This document shows, one piece after another, positions 45,257 to 49,502 of a DNA stretch of 49,502 nt (positions are counted from its first letter, which is position 1; every line of letters starts with the position of its first letter). Location of the stretch: NCBI GenBank assembly GCA_046292385.1, contig JBKBRF010000050.1, positions 1 through 49,502 on the forward strand, written 5' to 3'. Below the pieces are notes generated by a model. It searched no databases. It was given only the letters and a program-made list of their open reading frames with translations, and was not told the DNA's origin. This stretch comes from Armatimonadota bacterium. GTDB lineage: Bacteria > Armatimonadota > SYMT01. A program made the translations under genes and the position numbers.

Positions 45257-45348
45257 GGTTAGCAGGTTTACAGGTTCCAGGTTTTCAGGTTTCGCCACCC
45301 GCGTCTCGGGGCGCCAACCTGCAACCTGCCAACCTGCTAACCTGAAAC
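45257..45348. repeat. CAGGTT/AACCTG inverted-repeat element, copy 3
   Basis: Same architecture; just downstream of pdxS. Confidence 0.8.
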
Positions 45349-45387
45349 AGTTACCATCACTCCCCCTTGCGCCCACTCTCCCCAAAA

Positions 45388-46323
45388 CTACCAGCCGCGG
45401 GTGGCGAGCAGCTCCTTCGGGTCCATGCTGCGCACGTCGAGGCCGGACATCGGCTCGCCGAGGTCGGTGGAGACTTCCGCCAGCATCTGGGGGTCGTCGT
45501 AGTAGGTCACCGCCGCCACGATCGCCTTGGCGCGCTTCAACGTGAGCTCCCGGCGCTGGTCCGGATCGGCCACGCTGGCCGCCGCCTTGAAGATGCCGCT
45601 GCCGACGAAGACCGCTTCGGCGCCGAGCTGCATCATCAGCGCGGCGTCGGCCGGGGTGGCGCAGCCGCCGGCGCTGAAGTTCGGCACCGGCAGCTTGCCG
45701 GTGCGCGCGCACTCGAGCACCAGGTCGTAAGGCGCCTGGAGGTTCTTCGCCTCGGTCATCAGCTCTTCTTCGCGGAGCGCGCTCAGGTGCCGGATGCCGC
45801 GCTGCACCGCGCGCATGTGGCGGACCGCTTCCACCACGTTGCCGGTGCCCGCCTCGCCCTTGGTGCGGATCATCGCGGCGCCCTCACCGATGCGGCGCAG
45901 CGCCTCGCCCAGGTCGCGACAGCCGCAGACGAACGGCGCGCGGAAGAGGTGCTTGTTGATGTGGAACTCCTCGTCCGCCGGGGTGAGGACTTCGCTCTCG
46001 TCGATGAAGTCGACGCCAAGCGACTCGAGGATCTGCGCCTCCACGAAGTGACCGATGCGGGCCTTCGCCATCACCGGAATCTCGTAGCTCCGGGTCCGCA
46101 GCGCCTCGATGATCTCCTTGATCACTTTCGGATCGGTCATCCGCGCCACGCCGCCCTGCGCGCGGATGTCGGACGGCACGCGCTCCAGCGCCATCACCGC
46201 CACCGCGCCGGCCTCCGCGGCGATGAGCGCCTGCTCCTGGTTGGTGACGTCCATGATGACGCCGCCCTTGAGCATCTCCGCCAGGCCTACCTTGGTCCGC
46301 CACGTCGACTTATCGACTTCCAT
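45388..46323 (-). CDS. pdxS: PLP synthase synthase subunit
   Basis: [58 protein letters not shown]. Confidence 0.98.
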   Translation of the reverse strand: MEVDKSTWRTKVGLAEMLKGGVIMDVTNQEQALIAAEAGAVAVMALERVPSDIRAQGGVARMTDPKVIKEIIEALRTRSYEIPVMAKARIGHFVEAQILESLGVDFIDESEVLTPADEEFHINKHLFRAPFVCGCRDLGEALRRIGEGAAMIRTKGEAGTGNVVEAVRHMRAVQRGIRHLSALREEELMTEAKNLQAPYDLVLECARTGKLPVPNFSAGGCATPADAALMMQLGAEAVFVGSGIFKAAASVADPDQRRELTLKRAKAIVAAVTYYDDPQMLAEVSTDLGEPMSGLDVRSMDPKELLATRGW

Positions 46324-46370
46324 CGCCCTTCTCCCAGCTAACGACTAGAAAAAACGTGCGGTGCTCGGCA

Positions 46371-47408
46371 TCAGCCGTTCCCCGGCGGCACGGACACCGA
46401 CTCCGGGAAGGCGAACAGTGCGGGCGCCCCGCCGGTGTGCCAGTATACCACGGTTTCGCCAGGGAGTAGCTCGCCCCGCGCCGCCAGTCCGCGGGTGCCG
46501 GCGAGCGACTTTCCGGTATAGACCGGATCGACCAGGTAGCCCTCCGTGCAGGCCGCCAGCCGGATCGCCTCGCGCCCCTCTTCCGTCGGGATGCCGTACC
46601 CCTCCCCCAGCCAGTCCCCCAGGATCGGCACCTCGTCCGGATCCGGGCGCCAGTCCGCGCCGAGCAGCTCCGCCGCGGCCGCGATGGTCTCCGCGCACTT
46701 GCGGCGCAGCCCGGAGATGCCGGGGCAGACGCTGATGCCGTAGACGCGCGTCCCGGGCAGGAAGAGCCGCGCCCCGAGCAGAATGCCGGCGAGCGTGCCG
46801 GTGGAGCCGGCGGCGACCGTCATCGCGTCGATCCAGAGGCCCTCCGCGGCGGCTTGCTCCGCCAGCTCCCGCACGGCGCGCACGTAGCCGAGGCTGCCGA
46901 GCGGGGTGGAGCCGCCGACCGGGATCACGTAAGGCCGCCGCCCTGCCGCGCGGAGCTCGTCCGCCAGCCGGTCGAGAGCGGCGTGCATCTCGCCCAGGGA
47001 AAGCCCCGGCCAGAACCGCACGTCGGCGCCCAGGACGCGGTCGAGCAGCAGGTTGCCCCGCGCCTCTTCGGGCTCCGGGTCGCAGAGGCAGAGGACCGCC
47101 TCCATCCCCAGCCGGCGCGCCGCGGCGGCGGTCATCCGGGCGTGGTTCGACTGCACCCCACCGGTGGTGATCACCACGTCCGCTCCCTGCGTCCGGGCGT
47201 CCGCCAGCAGGTACTCCAGCTTCCGCGCCTTGTTGCCGCCGAGGGCGAGGCCGGTCGCGTCGTCCCGCTTTACCCGGAGCTGCGGCAGCCCGATCGCTCT
47301 CCCCAATCGCGGCGCCCGCTCCAGCGGGGTCGGCAGGTGCGCCAGGGAGACGCGCGGCACCGCGTCGAGGCGAGCGGCGGCAGGAAGCTCGGCGGCTTGG
47401 AATGACAT
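46371..47408 (-). CDS. D-cysteine desulfhydrase / ACC deaminase family PLP enzyme
   Basis: PTPL, VKRDD, GGNKARKLEY, GGVQSNH, DPVYTGK, HTGG. Confidence 0.93.
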   Translation of the reverse strand: MSFQAAELPAAARLDAVPRVSLAHLPTPLERAPRLGRAIGLPQLRVKRDDATGLALGGNKARKLEYLLADARTQGADVVITTGGVQSNHARMTAAAARRLGMEAVLCLCDPEPEEARGNLLLDRVLGADVRFWPGLSLGEMHAALDRLADELRAAGRRPYVIPVGGSTPLGSLGYVRAVRELAEQAAAEGLWIDAMTVAAGSTGTLAGILLGARLFLPGTRVYGISVCPGISGLRRKCAETIAAAAELLGADWRPDPDEVPILGDWLGEGYGIPTEEGREAIRLAACTEGYLVDPVYTGKSLAGTRGLAARGELLPGETVVYWHTGGAPALFAFPESVSVPPGNG

Positions 47409-47519
47409 TTTGTTGGCGGAGTTGATCCCGGCGGGCCGATTTGCGTAATTGTACTGCGGCGGCAGCGGTTTTCCGCTTCCTCATCGCCATTCCGTCCGCC
47501 CACCCGACCTGACGCACCC

Positions 47520-49283
47520 ATGATTTCCTCGCGCCGCCTCACCCTCTTCGCCGTCTCCGCCGCCGGCCTGCTGCTCTTCGCCGCCTCGCGGGCGCCCGGG
47601 GACGACCGGCCGCCGATCTTCCCGGTGCAGCCGGCGCTCGACGGCAACCGCGGCCCGTTCGAGGTGGCATTCACGCCGGACGGCAAGACCGCGGTGGTGA
47701 CCGAGTTCGACGAGGACGCGCTCGCGGTGATCGACACCGCGAGCGGCGAGGTGCGCGCGCACATCCCGACCGGCGGCGAGGAGCCGACCGGCGTGGCCGT
47801 GCTGCCGGACGGCAAGACCGCGCTGGTGACCAACAGCTTCAGCGGCTCGCTGGCATTCGTCGACCTGCAGGCGCGGAAGTCCGAGGTGATGCCGCTGCGG
47901 GGCATGCCGTACGACGTGGTGCTCTCGCCGGACGGCGCCACCGCCTACGTCTCGATCAGCCAGCTCGACCAGGTGGCGGTGATCGACGTCGCCGGACGCA
48001 AGGTCCGCGCCACCCTGCCGACCGGCCGCCGTCCGCGCGCGCTCGACATCACGCCGAACGGGCGGGTGGTCGTCTCCGCCAACCTGACCCAGGGCTCGCT
48101 CACCTTCCTCGACGTGGTGAGCCTCCGGCCGCTCGGGAACGGCCCCACCCCGGCGGTCAACATGCGCGGGGTGGCGATCTACCCGGACGGCCGCCGCGCC
48201 TACTGCGTGGCCCAGCGGGCGCAGAACGAGCGGCCGACGGAGACCGCGGTCGGGATCTGGTCGAACCAGGCATTCCACGTGCGCCCCAACGGCCGCGCGG
48301 CGGGCGACGAGAATATCTGGCTCGACCTGCTGGGCAAAGACGTCTCCGACCCGGAGTCGGTCGTCTTCGACCCGCAGTACCGGCGCGCCTTCATCACCTG
48401 CAGCGGCGGGCACAGCCTGAACGTGCTGAGCGTGCAGGGAGACTACGACCCGAAGGCGGTCCAGCAGATCGGCGTCCACCCCAAGGGCCTCGCCTTCACC
48501 CCCGACGGCAAAGAGCTCTGGGTGGCGAACCACCTGGGGAACGACCTGGCGGTGGTGAACCCGGAAACGCTGGAGGTGACCCGGCGGATCAAGCTGGGTG
48601 CCACCACCCGCAAGGACCCGCACCTGCTGGGCCGTTTCCTCTTCACCACCGCTACCATTACGGACGGTCAGCAGTTCAGCTGCAACTCCTGCCACCCGGA
48701 CGGCAACACCGATGGCATCACCTGGAAGTTCGTCCACGTGAAAGACCAGCTCGGCAGCGAGATCAACCGGAACGTCCGCAGCCTGCGCGGCGAGCTGGGG
48801 GAGACCGCGCCGTTCCGCTGGAGCGGGCATACGAAGACGCTGGAGGACTTCATCCAGGACGAGGTGACCGGTCTCCTGAAGACTCCCGCGCTGAGCGAGG
48901 AGCACCTGAAGGCGCTGGTCGGCTTCGTCAGCACGCAGCGGTTCCCGCCGAACCCGCACCGCCAGCCGGACGGCAGCCACACGGAGGAGGCGCTGCGCGG
49001 CAAGGCGCTCTTCGAAGGGAAGGCCGGCTGCGGCGGCTGCCACACCGGCCCGAAGGTCGGCGGCCAGCGCACCGCCTGGATGGGTACCACTCCGCAGGGA
49101 GTCGACCTCGACGTCCCGCACCTGGCGGGCGTCTACGACAGCTACCCCTACCTCCACGACGGCCGCGCCGCCACCCTGGAGGAGATCTTCACCAGGCACA
49201 ACGAGGCGAAGCTCCACGGCCGCGCCCACGAGCTGTCGCCGGAAGAGCTGAACGACGTGGTGCAGTACTTGAGGGAACTGTAG
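47520..49283 (+). CDS. exported YVTN beta-propeller fused to a di-heme cytochrome c peroxidase-like domain
   Basis: Signal peptide; TPDG/SPDG propeller repeats; CNSCH and CGGCH heme motifs; TAPFRWSG; GKALF; PYLHDGRAATL. Confidence 0.9.
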   Translation: MISSRRLTLFAVSAAGLLLFAASRAPGDDRPPIFPVQPALDGNRGPFEVAFTPDGKTAVVTEFDEDALAVIDTASGEVRAHIPTGGEEPTGVAVLPDGKTALVTNSFSGSLAFVDLQARKSEVMPLRGMPYDVVLSPDGATAYVSISQLDQVAVIDVAGRKVRATLPTGRRPRALDITPNGRVVVSANLTQGSLTFLDVVSLRPLGNGPTPAVNMRGVAIYPDGRRAYCVAQRAQNERPTETAVGIWSNQAFHVRPNGRAAGDENIWLDLLGKDVSDPESVVFDPQYRRAFITCSGGHSLNVLSVQGDYDPKAVQQIGVHPKGLAFTPDGKELWVANHLGNDLAVVNPETLEVTRRIKLGATTRKDPHLLGRFLFTTATITDGQQFSCNSCHPDGNTDGITWKFVHVKDQLGSEINRNVRSLRGELGETAPFRWSGHTKTLEDFIQDEVTGLLKTPALSEEHLKALVGFVSTQRFPPNPHRQPDGSHTEEALRGKALFEGKAGCGGCHTGPKVGGQRTAWMGTTPQGVDLDVPHLAGVYDSYPYLHDGRAATLEEIFTRHNEAKLHGRAHELSPEELNDVVQYLREL

Positions 49284-49502
49284 TTGTAGGGTCTAGGGGG
49301 TGGGGTATAGGGCTGGCGGGTGCGGGGTGCGCCATTCGTGTGCGGCTGCCGTACCGGGTTCCAGGAGCCCGCGCAGGTATAGCCCCCGTACGCTCATATT
49401 TCGCAAAGCATCGGAGACGTGCGGGCGGGATGAGGAGCGCCCGCCGCGCGTGCTGGTTACCCGGCGCGGGGGATCGCTACCCCCGCGAGCCGATACAACT
49501 CG

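Noticed and set aside
47520..47600. Tat signal (SRR) on the di-heme protein
   Set aside because: It lacks the full RRxFLK consensus, and c-type cytochromes are normally Sec-exported.
253..49229. Many long antisense or alternate-frame ORFs (e.g. 253-1665, 5610-7715, 12757-15246, 19524-21950, 35683-39324, 37176-39659, 47481-49229)
   Set aside because: They shadow well-supported genes, are R/G/A/P-rich and lack motifs, as expected in high-GC DNA.
1..49502. Genome-wide UGA reassignment (genetic code 4 or 25)
   Set aside because: TGA ends conserved genes at their expected ends (upp, pdxT, priA), and Trp is encoded by TGG.

Overview
High-GC bacterial chromosomal window with no CRISPR array, prophage or transposase. 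A diderm Terrabacteria lineage such as Armatimonadota is my inference from the Gram-positive-type SOS box and the pdxST/lysS/greA style. It holds mostly housekeeping genes (upp, recG, greA, lysS, priA, metK, pdxS, pdxT, yraN, tRNA-Leu) mixed with enolase-superfamily and sugar-acid enzymes, two-component proteins, secreted proteins, a LexA-boxed imuB cassette and several intergenic repeat families. The main finding is at 15176-16423. Two ORFs in the track are one frame interrupted by two in-frame UGA codons three codons apart (F-R-U-E-R-U-P-S-C), followed by two SECIS-like hairpins. This suggests an exported thioredoxin-fold/CxxCH/PDZ selenoprotein with a UxxUxxC motif. Other leads are a structured metK leader that sequesters the SD sequence, tandem rRNA-type promoters at the left edge, SigB/SigF-like promoters, probable ATT and CTG start codons, and an orphan gene between pdxS and pdxT bounded by 25-bp direct repeats. 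All annotations come from motif recognition by eye; no database searches were run.
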